DNA of 64,000 nt from an uncultured SAR116 cluster alpha proteobacterium (lineage in GTDB: Bacteria; Pseudomonadota; Alphaproteobacteria; Puniceispirillales; GCA-002684695). The position numbers were made by a program, and so were the translations under genes. Under the pieces are notes generated by a model. It had not been told where the DNA came from, made no database searches, and saw only the letters and a list, made by a program, of their open reading frames with translations. Positions within the stretch are counted from its first letter, which is position 1; the number at the start of each line of letters is the position of its first letter. The stretch covers positions 11,670 through 75,669 of the forward strand of contig CACAIE010000002.1 of the NCBI GenBank assembly GCA_902532475.1, read 5' to 3'. Of the stretch, positions 39,660 to 49,156 are shown in pieces.

Positions 39660-40583
39660 TTAGAATATTTTTGGAACATATAACTCATCAGGAAGAGTTT
39701 GTCTTTCATAATCAGGATCAAAGACTCTCTCTGGCAATTCAACTTTTTCATGCTCAATGTCGGTATAAGGAATTTTTGATAAAATATGAGTTATACAGTT
39801 TAGTCTTTCTCTTTTTTTATCATTCCCCTCAACAATGTACCAAGGAGCTTCTTTTGTATTTGTTCTTTTAAACATCACCTCTTTTGCTTTAGTATACTTT
39901 TCCCAATACATGCGTGCCATCAAATCAACTTCTGATAATTTCCACTGTTTAAGAGGGTCATTAGCCCTCATTAAAAATCGTAATTGTTGTTCTTCATCTG
40001 AGATAGAAAACCAATACTTTAAGAGAATAATACCAGAACGTATTAACATTTTTTCAAATTCAGGGACATCACGATAAAATTGCTCTACTTGTTCTCTAGT
40101 TGCAAATTTCATAACTTTTTCAACACCCGCTCGATTATACCAAGACCTATCAAATAAAACGATTTCTCCTCCAGCAGGCAAATGCGGAACGTATCTTTGA
40201 AAGTACCACTGCGTTTGCTCTCTTTCAGAAGGTGGAGGAAGTGCAACGACCCTGGCAACTCTCGGATTTAATCTTTGAGTAATTCTTTTAATGACACCAC
40301 CCTTTCCAGCGCTGTCTCTTCCTTCACAGATAATAAGAACTTTAGCACCCGTGCTCTCAACCCAATCTTGTAGTTTTATTAATTCTGCTTGAAGTTTGAG
40401 TAAATTATTAAAGTAAATACGATTTTCTAGTGCTTTAGGTTTCTTACCACGGTAAATCTTTTTGATGTAATCTCTTGTCTCTTTGCTTAAAATAGGTTCA
40501 CTGAACTCTGCTTCAAACATTTCATCCAAAGTTTCATTGAGTTCTGCTTCTATCCATTCTTCAGCATCTTCAAATTTGCCCAT
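39660..40583 (-). CDS. ppk2: Polyphosphate kinase 2 (single-domain)
   Basis: ICEGRDSAGKGGVIKRI Walker-A-like motif and lid region FDRSWYNRAGVE. Confidence 0.9.
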   Translation of the reverse strand: MGKFEDAEEWIEAELNETLDEMFEAEFSEPILSKETRDYIKKIYRGKKPKALENRIYFNNLLKLQAELIKLQDWVESTGAKVLIICEGRDSAGKGGVIKRITQRLNPRVARVVALPPPSEREQTQWYFQRYVPHLPAGGEIVLFDRSWYNRAGVEKVMKFATREQVEQFYRDVPEFEKMLIRSGIILLKYWFSISDEEQQLRFLMRANDPLKQWKLSEVDLMARMYWEKYTKAKEVMFKRTNTKEAPWYIVEGNDKKRERLNCITHILSKIPYTDIEHEKVELPERVFDPDYERQTLPDELYVPKIF

Positions 40584-40621
40584 CTAGAACCCCTAAAATG
40601 ATTACCAAAAGTATATTATTA

Positions 40622-41119
40622 TTAGTTTAGCAAAATATCTTTAGGTTTTATAGCTGTATCTATTTTAAAATCTTTATATTCTAGTTTAGATTTTTGATCA
40701 TTATGCAATAATAAATGGCATACAGCAGATGTTGGAAATAAAAAGAAAAAATCATCATCAATTTCAGTAACAAAATCGTATAAGCCAGGGTTATGCCCTA
40801 TTAAGATGATATTATTATTTTTTGAAATATATTTATTAAGAATGCTTAGTAGACTATCACTTGAAGCTAAATAAAGTTCTTCCAAGATTTCAACTGCAGG
40901 TTTTTCACTAAATGCAGATAAAGTTAGTTCTAAAGTTTCTCGAGTTCTTTTTGATGAGGAGCACAAAATTAAATCAATATCGGGACATTTTTCATTGATA
41001 ATTTTTGACATAACAGGAACATCTCTCAGTCCTCTTTTTGCTAGCGGTCTTTCACTGTCTATAAGATCGAGATGCTTCCAATTTGATTTTCCATGTCTAA
41101 ATAAAAAAATATTCTTCAT
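40622..41119 (-). CDS. Histidine phosphatase superfamily protein (SixA-like)
   Basis: LFRHGKS RHG catalytic motif, a second His in LIGHNPG, 165 aa. Confidence 0.75.
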   Translation of the reverse strand: MKNIFLFRHGKSNWKHLDLIDSERPLAKRGLRDVPVMSKIINEKCPDIDLILCSSSKRTRETLELTLSAFSEKPAVEILEELYLASSDSLLSILNKYISKNNNIILIGHNPGLYDFVTEIDDDFFFLFPTSAVCHLLLHNDQKSKLEYKDFKIDTAIKPKDILLN

Positions 41120-41257
41120 AAAAATTAATATGTAATTAACAAAATTTATTAACGTTCTTTTTTAAAAAATACTTACATAGCAATGTTTACAACCTAAAAA
41201 AATTTCCTTAGATAATAAATATTAGAGATAAGAAAACATTAAACTAGGTTATTATTA

Positions 41258-42292
41258 ATGGCAATTGGTATAAATGGATTAGGTCGTATAGGAAGACTTG
41301 TATTAAAAGATTTTTTCGGAGGACTTAACCGAAAGTCAAATAATAAAGATATAAATATTTTACATTTGAACGAACCAAATTGCGATGCAAAGACACTTTG
41401 CCACCTTTTAAAATTTGATAGCATACACGGCATTTGGGATGCTTCAATAAATCAGATAGGTAATAAGAAAATTTCAATTAATGGAAAAGATATAATATTG
41501 ACGAACTATAAAAATCCTTGTGATATAAATTGGAATAATTCTGGATGTTCACTAGTTTTAGATTGCACTGGAACTTTCTTAACAAAAAACAAGCTTAAAA
41601 GATATTTTGATAGAAATATAAAAAAAGTTATTGTTTCTGCGCCTATCAATGATCCTGAAGTCTTGAATATTGTTTTCGGTGTAAACGATCATCTTTATAA
41701 TCCAGAAAAATATAATATTGTAACTGCTGCATCATGCACTACTAATTGTCTTGCTCCGATTGTAAGTATTATTCATAAAAATTTTGAAATATTAAAAGGA
41801 CAAATATCAACTATACATAACCCTACAAATACAAATGTTCTTTTAGACAAACCTCATAAAGATTTAAGAAGAGCGCGTTCATCCATGCTTTCTATGCACC
41901 CTACTTCTACAGGAAGTGCCAAAGCAATTGGATTAATATTCCCAGAGTTAAATGGGAAACTTGATGGTCACGCTGTAAGGGTTCCTGTTATTAATTCAAG
42001 TTTAACAGACTGTGTTTTTCAATTAAATAAAAACTGTAAAGCAAGTGAAGTAAATAATTTATTTAAAAGGGCTGCTGAGCAAGAATTAAAAGGTATTTTA
42101 GGCATTGAATTTAATCCTTTGGTGTCAATAGATTTTGTGAACGACACAAGAAGCAGCATTGTTGATGCGCCAAGTACATTGGTAACTGATAGTAATTTAC
42201 TTAAAATTTACTCTTGGTATGATAATGAAACAGGATATGCATGTAGAATGAGCGATATAGCAAAAATGGTATATAATTCATTAAATGTTTAA
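41258..42292 (+). CDS. Glyceraldehyde-3-phosphate dehydrogenase, ArsJ-associated type
   Basis: INGLGRIGR NAD motif and catalytic ASCTTNCLAP. Its 3' end overlaps the following MFS gene by 8 nt. Confidence 0.85.
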   Translation: MAIGINGLGRIGRLVLKDFFGGLNRKSNNKDINILHLNEPNCDAKTLCHLLKFDSIHGIWDASINQIGNKKISINGKDIILTNYKNPCDINWNNSGCSLVLDCTGTFLTKNKLKRYFDRNIKKVIVSAPINDPEVLNIVFGVNDHLYNPEKYNIVTAASCTTNCLAPIVSIIHKNFEILKGQISTIHNPTNTNVLLDKPHKDLRRARSSMLSMHPTSTGSAKAIGLIFPELNGKLDGHAVRVPVINSSLTDCVFQLNKNCKASEVNNLFKRAAEQELKGILGIEFNPLVSIDFVNDTRSSIVDAPSTLVTDSNLLKIYSWYDNETGYACRMSDIAKMVYNSLNV

Positions 42293-43478
42293 TTTAAAAA
42301 ATTTCCTTATAATTACAAATACATATTTATTTTTTTCCCTTACTGATGGTGCAATTAGAATGATAGTGCTCCTTCATTTTTTTCATCTTGGATTTTCTCC
42401 TTTATCACTAGCATTTTTATTTCTGCTTTATGAGTTAGTAGGTGTAATCACAAATCTAGTTGGCGGATGGTTTGCTTCCTTTTATGGTATCAAAAGAATG
42501 TTTACATTTGGAGTTTTACTTCAAATTTTTGGTTTATTGTTTTTATCATTTTATTCACCTTCATGGGAAATATACTCCTCCATAATATGGGTAATGATTG
42601 CACAAGGCATATCAGGCATTGCAAAAGATATTTCTAAAACGTCATCAAAGTCAGCTATAAAAATAGTTTCTGGAGATGGAAAAGGAATCTTATTTAAATG
42701 GGTGTCATGGTTTACAGGCCTAAAGAATGCTTCAAAAGGTTTAGGGTTTTTTGTTGGAAGTTTGTTAATTGAAATAATTGGGTTCCAGTATTCTCTATAT
42801 ATCTTGATATTTTTCCTAAGTATTTGTCTGTTTTTTTTATTCTTCTTAGATAGTGAAATAGGGGTTTTGAAAACTTCAAAAAATTTAAAACAATTTTTCA
42901 GCAAGTCTAAGAATATAAATATTTTATCAATTGCAAGGTTATTTTTATTTGGATCTCGCGATATGTGGTTTGTTGTAGGTCTTCCACTATTCCTCTATTC
43001 AGCTGGTTGGTCGTTTTGGCATGTTGGATCTTTTCTTGCCTTTTGGATTATTGGTTATGGCTTTTGCCAATCATCTATTCCGTTTTTAATTACAAGAAGC
43101 ACTGATGGTTTAACTCTAGAAATTTCATCAGCAAAATTTTGGGTATTTATGCTGACGATTATTCAACTAGTATTACTCATTTTGATTAACTTAAATGTTC
43201 AATATATTTCACCAGAGAAAATTCTTATATTCGGTCTATTAATTTATGGAGGTGTTTTTTCCATTAATTCTGCTTTACACTCTTATCTAATTTTAGCGTA
43301 TTCACGCAATTCATCTGTTGCCGAAGACGTAGGTTTTTATTATTCATCAAATGCATTAGGAAGATTTTTTGGAACTTTTTTGTCTGGATACTTATATCAA
43401 ACAGTTGGAATATCGGGCTGCATTGGTGGATCATTTATTTTTATTTTAATAAGTTTTTTTGTAATAAGAAAATTATGA
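42285..43478 (+). CDS. arsJ: MFS transporter resembling organoarsenical efflux permease ArsJ
   Basis: 397-aa, 12-TM-like protein. The N-terminal region MIVLLHFFHLGFSPLSLAFLFLLYELVGVITNLVGGW resembles ArsJ as I recall it. Coupled to a GAPDH gene, which is the hallmark arrangement. Confidence 0.65.
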   Translation: MFNLKNFLIITNTYLFFSLTDGAIRMIVLLHFFHLGFSPLSLAFLFLLYELVGVITNLVGGWFASFYGIKRMFTFGVLLQIFGLLFLSFYSPSWEIYSSIIWVMIAQGISGIAKDISKTSSKSAIKIVSGDGKGILFKWVSWFTGLKNASKGLGFFVGSLLIEIIGFQYSLYILIFFLSICLFFLFFLDSEIGVLKTSKNLKQFFSKSKNINILSIARLFLFGSRDMWFVVGLPLFLYSAGWSFWHVGSFLAFWIIGYGFCQSSIPFLITRSTDGLTLEISSAKFWVFMLTIIQLVLLILINLNVQYISPEKILIFGLLIYGGVFSINSALHSYLILAYSRNSSVAEDVGFYYSSNALGRFFGTFLSGYLYQTVGISGCIGGSFIFILISFFVIRKL

Positions 43479-43568
43479 AAAAAAAATAATTTTGTGTATT
43501 GTAAAATGGATAAATTTTAATTATACCGCACTTAAATTTAAACCTTGTTCTTTAAGAAATTTTCCAAA

Positions 43569-45068
43569 ATGAAAGATCCTAAATTAGAAAATCGTTATGT
43601 TAATGATCTTAGAAGATTAGATTATTCTTACAATCAATCATTATTCAGAATAACTAACTGGGGTACAGTTTTAATTGCTATTTTCTTTTTATTGTTAACT
43701 GGTATCTGCGTAGATTATTTTATTTCTGACAGAATTGATAATAAAATTTTGCTAGTTATCGCAGCTGTTATTGGTGGCTACATGGCATTAAACATAGGTG
43801 CTAATGACGTGGCAAATAACATGGGGCCTGCAGTAGGTGGCAAGGTTCTAGCAATTACTACTGCTGTCATCATTGCTGCAATTTGTGAAGCTGCAGGAGC
43901 ACTATTAGCTGGTGGTGATGTTGTAAAAACGGTTTCCAAAGGAATTATCATGGTTGATAGTTCGATTTCTACAGATAGCTTTAGATATTTAATGTTAAGC
44001 GCATTACTTTCTGCTGCATTATGGATTAATTTAGCAACTATATTAAATGCTCCTGTATCGACTACTCACTCAATTGTTGGAGGTGTTTTAGGTGGTGGTC
44101 TAGCTGCTGCAGGAATGAATATAGTGAATTGGTTCACTATGGGAAAAATTGCTGCAAGCTGGGTTATTTCGCCAGTTCTTGGTGGAATTATTGCTGCATT
44201 ATTTTTATTATTTATTAAAATTAAAATACTTAATAAGGATAATAAAATTAGTGCTGCAAAACAATGGATACCGGTACTAATAGCTTTAATGGCAGCTGCT
44301 ATCACTGCATATATGACCATTAAAGGTTTCAAAAAAATCTATAAGGCATCATTTGTTGAAATATTGAGTTATACAACATCTATAGCAGTCTTATCTTACT
44401 TGATTGCAAAACCATTTGTTAATAGGAAAATTTTACAACTAAAAAATGAAAAAAAAGATATTTACACACTTTTTAATTTTCCTTTAATTATTGGTGTTGG
44501 ATTATTATGTTTTGCTCATGGCGCTAATGATGTAGCTAATGCTGTTGGTCCATTGGCAGCAATTGTTTCAACATTTAATGATACAAATGAAATTGCTTCT
44601 AAAGTTAGTATCCCCTTCTGGGTTATGTTTATAGGGGCAGTAGGAATTTCTTTTGGACTTCTTCTATTTGGCCCCAAATTAATAAAAACAGTTGGCCAAA
44701 AAATTACCAGGTTAAATGCACCTAGAGCATATTGTGTTGCCATATCTTCAGCTATCACTGTTTTAATAGCAACAACGCTTGGATTGCCTGTGAGTTCAAC
44801 ACACATTGCAATAGGTTCAATATTTGGAATTGGGTTTTTGAGAGAATTTTTAGAAAATCCAAATAAACAAAAAATTAAACCAGGCCATATATTAAATGAC
44901 ACTGCAGAAGAGGCTTTTGCTGAACATGATAGAAGAATTAAAAGAAAACTAGTTAGAAGAAAATTTTTATATTCTATTGCCGCTGCATGGATAATTACGG
45001 TTCCTGCATCTGCATTAATGGCTGCTACTATTTATTTTATTTTATCTAAATTAACTTCCATGGCTTAA
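43569..45068 (+). CDS. pit: PiT-family inorganic phosphate transporter
   Basis: Duplicated GANDVAN signature (IGANDVANNMGP and HGANDVANAVGP). Start is either ATG 43569 or TTG 43545. Confidence 0.9.
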   Translation: MKDPKLENRYVNDLRRLDYSYNQSLFRITNWGTVLIAIFFLLLTGICVDYFISDRIDNKILLVIAAVIGGYMALNIGANDVANNMGPAVGGKVLAITTAVIIAAICEAAGALLAGGDVVKTVSKGIIMVDSSISTDSFRYLMLSALLSAALWINLATILNAPVSTTHSIVGGVLGGGLAAAGMNIVNWFTMGKIAASWVISPVLGGIIAALFLLFIKIKILNKDNKISAAKQWIPVLIALMAAAITAYMTIKGFKKIYKASFVEILSYTTSIAVLSYLIAKPFVNRKILQLKNEKKDIYTLFNFPLIIGVGLLCFAHGANDVANAVGPLAAIVSTFNDTNEIASKVSIPFWVMFIGAVGISFGLLLFGPKLIKTVGQKITRLNAPRAYCVAISSAITVLIATTLGLPVSSTHIAIGSIFGIGFLREFLENPNKQKIKPGHILNDTAEEAFAEHDRRIKRKLVRRKFLYSIAAAWIITVPASALMAATIYFILSKLTSMA

Positions 45069-45474
45069 GCCTTTTAAAATCTTCTAGGACTAAAAGGTAA
45101 TCTTCTCTACTTGCCACTTTTGATACATCTTTCAAAAGAGCCCAGTGCCTCTGTCTTTTTGTTTTGTCTGGCCATTCATTATCCTGATTTTCGACAACTA
45201 ATGGATAAAAAGTCACAGAATTGGAAATCATGCCATTACTTGTTAACTTTGTTATAGGCTTAGTAATTGGGTAATTCTTCATCATAAAACCTTTGGCACC
45301 AGCCTCATTGTATGTTTCCCTGTAACAGGCATCTTCATGACTTTCTCCGTCATGTAATGTACCTTTCGGTAGTATCCACCTACCTCTAGCTTGAGAAGTT
45401 ACAAAAAGAACAGCAACCTTATTTTTATGAACTTTAAAGGGTACGCTTCCTATCTTATGCATTATTGTTTCCAA
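45046..45474 (-). CDS. NUDIX hydrolase
   Basis: NUDIX box GTLHDGESHEDACYRETYNEAGA. 23-nt convergent overlap with pit. Confidence 0.85.
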   Translation of the reverse strand: METIMHKIGSVPFKVHKNKVAVLFVTSQARGRWILPKGTLHDGESHEDACYRETYNEAGAKGFMMKNYPITKPITKLTSNGMISNSVTFYPLVVENQDNEWPDKTKRQRHWALLKDVSKVASREDYLLVLEDFKRLKPWKLI

Positions 45475-45493
45475 AATTATGCCTCCAGATTAC

Positions 45494-46303
45494 TTAATTT
45501 GGTGGATGATTTTCTTTAATAAACCCTTTAAGAACCGATAAAGCTTGGTCTGCTTCTTCCAATAAAATCATATGCCCACAATTTTTTATAACTTCCACCT
45601 CAGAATTATCTATTGCTTGGGCAAGCTTTTTCCCTTCTTTAAGTGGACACATTTTATCTTTATCACCTAGAATATTAATTGTTGGGCATTTAACATTTTT
45701 TGCAGCTTCAAGACCATTTTTGTAATTATCACAGGCTCGAAAATCAACGCCTAAGACTTTAATAGAACCATTTTTTACAATTGTTCCTCCTAGATTTATA
45801 TGATGCAAACCAGGAACTGGGTGGCCGCCAAAGTGACCACCAGGACCGTGGGCCCAGTCCATCATTAAGTCAACGGCTTTTGGATCGCCTTTTTCAGCAA
45901 GTTCTAAAAGTTCTGGGTTCATAGGAATAGCACTCGCACCTCCCATTAGACTTAATGATTTTATTTTTTTAGGATATTTTGATGCGCATTCGATTAGTAC
46001 CAAGCAACCTTGTGAGTGGCCAACTAGTGACGCTTCATCATAACCAACTGAATCGATAACGTCAGATATCCAGTCAGCCATGTCTTCAATTGATTTAAGT
46101 GGAGGACCTTCAGAGGCACCATGGCCAGGTAAATCGATTGCTAAAACACTGTAGCCATGAAAAGCAAAATAGCGTGTCTGTAAAACCCATGTTATATGAC
46201 TTAGTCCACTCCCATGAACAAAGATCAGAAGTGGCTTATTTTTATCAAAGGGTTGGCCACCAGTAGAAGCAAAAACTTCTTTATTATTTACTTGAAATTT
46301 CAT
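45494..46303 (-). CDS. Alpha/beta-fold hydrolase
   Basis: HG oxyanion motif FVHGSG, nucleophile elbow GHSQG, C-terminal GH. ATGA-type overlap with metY. Confidence 0.85.
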   Translation of the reverse strand: MKFQVNNKEVFASTGGQPFDKNKPLLIFVHGSGLSHITWVLQTRYFAFHGYSVLAIDLPGHGASEGPPLKSIEDMADWISDVIDSVGYDEASLVGHSQGCLVLIECASKYPKKIKSLSLMGGASAIPMNPELLELAEKGDPKAVDLMMDWAHGPGGHFGGHPVPGLHHINLGGTIVKNGSIKVLGVDFRACDNYKNGLEAAKNVKCPTINILGDKDKMCPLKEGKKLAQAIDNSEVEVIKNCGHMILLEEADQALSVLKGFIKENHPPN

Positions 46304-47610
46304 TCTGCAGCCATTAACTGTGATCTTTTCGCAGCCCTAAAACCATTGTCAAAGTCGTTGATAATATCTTGGACATCCTCAATTCCAACTGAAAATCTAA
46401 TCATGTCTTCAGTCAAACCTGCATGCTTCATTGTTTCAGCATCCATCTGAGCATGAGTAGTTGATGCTGGGTGAATGACAAGAGTTTTAGAATCGCCTAC
46501 ATTTGCAAGATTTGAAGCTAACTTAACAGCATCAATAAATGCTTCACCTGCTTTTCTTCCTCCTTTAACTCCGAAAGCAATCATAGAGCCTGCTCCCTTT
46601 GGTAAAATCTGTTTTGCAATCTTATGATCTGGATGGTCTGGCAAATCCGGGTGTGCTACCCAAGCCACTCCTTCATGATTAGTCAGGTACTCAAGCATAC
46701 TCTTTGCATTTGATAAATGCTTGTCCATTCTGACAGAGAGTGTTTCAATCCCTTGAAGAATATTAAATGCGTTCGTTGGGCTCATACACGGGCCCATGTC
46801 TCTCATGCCTTCCGCCCTTGCTCTCATTGTAAAGGCAACTGGGCCAAACTCCTCAGAGAATGAAAGTCCATGATAACCAGGATATGGCTCCGTCATAGTT
46901 GGGAATTTATCATTTTGTTGCCAATCAAATTTACCCCCTTCAACTATAATTCCTCCCATTGATGTACCGTGGCCACACATCCATTTTGTCAGTGAATGAA
47001 CTATAATATCTGCTCCAAAATCAAAAGCCCTACAAAGATAAGGTGTATTAAACGTACAATCAACCACTAGTGGAATGCCTGCTTTGTGTGCAATATCCGA
47101 TACTTTTGGAATATCCATAATTTCAAGACCGGGATTTCCAATGATTTCTCCAAAAATCATTTTGGTGTTTGGTTTAATTGCTTTTTTAAACCCTTCCGTG
47201 TCACCTGGTTTTACAAATGTTGTTGTTATGCCAAAACGAGGAAGTGTTAATCTTAACAAGTTAACTGTACCACCGTATAACTGGGAGGAAGCAACGATAT
47301 GATCTCCAGAATTAGCCAAAGTCATAATTGTTAAATAAACAGCACTTTGCCCAGAAGCGGTTGCTATAGCGGCAGTGCCCCCCTCTAAAGCACATACCCT
47401 TTCTTCTAAAACTCCAACCGTTGGATTGGAAATTCGGCTATATATATGCCCGCCCTGCTCTAAATTAAAAAGCGCAGCTGCATGATCTGTATCCTGAAAT
47501 ACATACGAAGTGGTTTGATAAATTGGCACTGCTCTAGAACCAAAATTTTTATCTGGTTGGTGACCTCCATGCAAACTAAGAGTGTCAAATTTATACGTAC
47601 TTGGATCCAT
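46300..47610 (-). CDS. metY: O-acetylhomoserine aminocarboxypropyltransferase (sulfhydrylase)
   Basis: PLP lysine motif HSLTKWMCGHG. Trans-sulfuration family conservation, 436 aa. Confidence 0.9.
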   Translation of the reverse strand: MDPSTYKFDTLSLHGGHQPDKNFGSRAVPIYQTTSYVFQDTDHAAALFNLEQGGHIYSRISNPTVGVLEERVCALEGGTAAIATASGQSAVYLTIMTLANSGDHIVASSQLYGGTVNLLRLTLPRFGITTTFVKPGDTEGFKKAIKPNTKMIFGEIIGNPGLEIMDIPKVSDIAHKAGIPLVVDCTFNTPYLCRAFDFGADIIVHSLTKWMCGHGTSMGGIIVEGGKFDWQQNDKFPTMTEPYPGYHGLSFSEEFGPVAFTMRARAEGMRDMGPCMSPTNAFNILQGIETLSVRMDKHLSNAKSMLEYLTNHEGVAWVAHPDLPDHPDHKIAKQILPKGAGSMIAFGVKGGRKAGEAFIDAVKLASNLANVGDSKTLVIHPASTTHAQMDAETMKHAGLTEDMIRFSVGIEDVQDIINDFDNGFRAAKRSQLMAAE

Positions 47611-47715
47611 TATAAACTCCCTATATCCTAACTAAAACTTTTTTGAAATATTTAGGAAGTTTCTAACAAATTAGGACTAGCAAAGTCCATATTAAAATTA
47701 TAAAAGTATTATTTT

Positions 47716-48786
47716 TTATAAACTCCTTCTAGCTCTTCTTCTCGAAGTTCTTTTCAATTTTGGAATGGAGCTAGATTGAGTGCTATCTTTCCAGGGCACT
47801 CCAAGTTCAGAATTTATTCTTTTCATAAAAACATCTTCATCAATGATTGACCCACTTGAAGATTTTATGTTTTCAAAATTTGAAACTTTATTGAGAACAA
47901 TATTTTTGATTGCTCTAATATGCTCAGGTGTAGTCCCGCAACAGCCTCCCACAATGTCAACACCAATGTCTTTACACAAGCCTGCATATTTTGACATAAT
48001 TTCTTCTGTTCCTTTATAGAATATTTTTCCTTCTTTATATTCAGGAATTCCACAGTTGCCTTTAGCAACTAATAAAATGTCCTCATTGAGATTTTCTTTC
48101 ATTTCTTTGATTGACAAAAGTAATTCTGGAGGCCCGATACCACAGTTAGCGCCTATCCCAATTGGCTTGACTTTCCTCTTACTAATAAACTTAAGAAATT
48201 CGTGAGGGGTAACACCCATCATTGTCCTCTTGGAAGTATCAAATGACATCGTTACAACCGCCCCTAATTCAGACTTTTCGGATGCATGTAAAGCTGCGTC
48301 TACTTCTTCTAATGACGAAAGAGTTTCTATCCATAAAAAATCAACGCCGCCCTCCTTAAGACTAATTGCTTGCTCATAAAAAATGGAGGCAGCTTTCTCA
48401 TAGGTTAGATTTCCTCCGATAGACTTAAACAATTCACCTGTAGGACCAACTGAGCCTCCAATTAAATTTTCATTTTTGTTCTTACTTAAACTGATTGCTT
48501 TTCTAGCTAGGGATGCAGCCTCTAAATTAATGCTCTTTACCTTATTTTCACAGTCGTGAAGTTTAAGTCTAGATGAGTTTGCGCCGAAAGAGTTGGTTAG
48601 AATAATATCTGCACCAGCTTTTATAAATTCTTGATGTAAATTAATTACATTATCTGGTTTGATTAAATTCCATAACTCTGGAGGATCACCAGTTTCCAGT
48701 CCTTTGGAAAAGTAGTTTGTTCCTGTAGCTCCATCAGCGATTAAAACGCCATGCTTAGTTCTGTAATTTCTGAGTAGATTTTTCAT
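47716..48786 (-). CDS. bhmt: Homocysteine S-methyltransferase family protein (betaine-homocysteine methyltransferase-like)
   Basis: Hcy-binding domain with Zn ligands (GANCG and GGCCGTTPEHI). Start placed at ATG 48786, 7 nt after a GGAG RBS, not at the TTG at 48816. Confidence 0.85.
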   Translation of the reverse strand: MKNLLRNYRTKHGVLIADGATGTNYFSKGLETGDPPELWNLIKPDNVINLHQEFIKAGADIILTNSFGANSSRLKLHDCENKVKSINLEAASLARKAISLSKNKNENLIGGSVGPTGELFKSIGGNLTYEKAASIFYEQAISLKEGGVDFLWIETLSSLEEVDAALHASEKSELGAVVTMSFDTSKRTMMGVTPHEFLKFISKRKVKPIGIGANCGIGPPELLLSIKEMKENLNEDILLVAKGNCGIPEYKEGKIFYKGTEEIMSKYAGLCKDIGVDIVGGCCGTTPEHIRAIKNIVLNKVSNFENIKSSSGSIIDEDVFMKRINSELGVPWKDSTQSSSIPKLKRTSRRRARRSL

Positions 48787-48790
48787 CTGA

Positions 48791-48847
48791 ATTCTCCGCT
48801 TTAGTGCTTTAGACAATCAGGGCGCACAAGTTGTAGTTTAAATGCCC
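48791..48847 (-). promoter_or_regulatory. Candidate RBS-proximal SAM-V-like pseudoknot aptamer
   Basis: Minus strand GGGC...GCCC stem, loop GUGC able to pair with the downstream GCAC, then UAAAGCGGAG containing the RBS. Its position after a SAM-II-like aptamer and terminator matches the tandem SAM-II/SAM-V arrangement published for marine bacteria. The fold was not verified. Confidence 0.35.
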
Positions 48848-48871
48848 AGCTTTAAAAAAAAGCCTAATCTC

Positions 48872-48898
48872 AAAAAAAAACCCAGCTATAAAACTGGG
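48872..48898 (-). terminator. Intrinsic terminator inside the bhmt leader (riboswitch expression platform)
   Basis: Minus strand CCCAGUU-UUAU-AGCUGGG followed by U9. The upstream UUGGG can pair alternatively with CCCAG as an anti-terminator. Confidence 0.7.
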
Positions 48899-48906
48899 AA
48901 ACCCAA

Positions 48907-48958
48907 TTTTTTAGCTGTACTTATAAAAGCGCCCGCAAGCTAATAAACAAATCGGCGC
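48907..48958 (-). promoter_or_regulatory. SAM-II-like riboswitch aptamer
   Basis: Minus strand GCGCC-GAUUUGUUUAUUAGCUUGCG-GGCGC-UUUUAUAAGUAC-AGCUAAAAAA. It has a P1 stem, a U-rich loop with AGCUUG and a 3' AGCUA able to pair with the loop UAGCU, which is the SAM-II H-type pseudoknot pattern. Lies upstream of a methionine-cycle operon. Confidence 0.6.
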
Positions 48959-48964
48959 TAATTA

Positions 48965-48993
48965 ATTTTAACATAAATTGTTCGTGGGATCAA
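48965..48993 (-). promoter_or_regulatory. Sigma-70-type promoter for the riboswitch-bhmt-metY transcript
   Basis: Minus strand TTGATC-N17-TAAAAT, ending about 7 nt before the aptamer P1 stem. The -35 lies inside the palindrome GTGGGATCAATCCCAC (48984-48999). Confidence 0.5.
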
Positions 48994-49156
48994 TCCCACT
49001 CTTTTAAAAAATTATTTTTCTTTCTTACTTGACGAATGGCAAAGATTAGTTTTTACAATAGGTAGTAGTTTGCATTTATCATCTATACAATATATAGTAT
49101 AATCTCTCTACCTAGAGAGGATTTAAATTTTATTTTTTGGCTGATGGAGAAATCAA

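Noticed and set aside
45046-45068. Overlapping convergent gene ends (pit/NUDIX 23 nt, hutF/ppx 6 nt, mmsA/HD 4 nt) as possible antisense regulation.
   Set aside because: Such overlaps recur across the window and fit general genome compaction. Nothing in the sequence points to a specific regulatory role.
47611-47715. A possible separate SAM-V riboswitch in the bhmt-metY spacer (hairpin GGACU-UUGCU-AGUCC at about 47675-47689, and UCCUAA/UUAGGA pairing near the metY RBS).
   Set aside because: I could not find the AGCUU / AAAGCU pseudoknot signature or a convincing H-type fold. The hairpin is short and lacks a U-tract. metY is more simply explained as co-transcribed with bhmt under the upstream leader.
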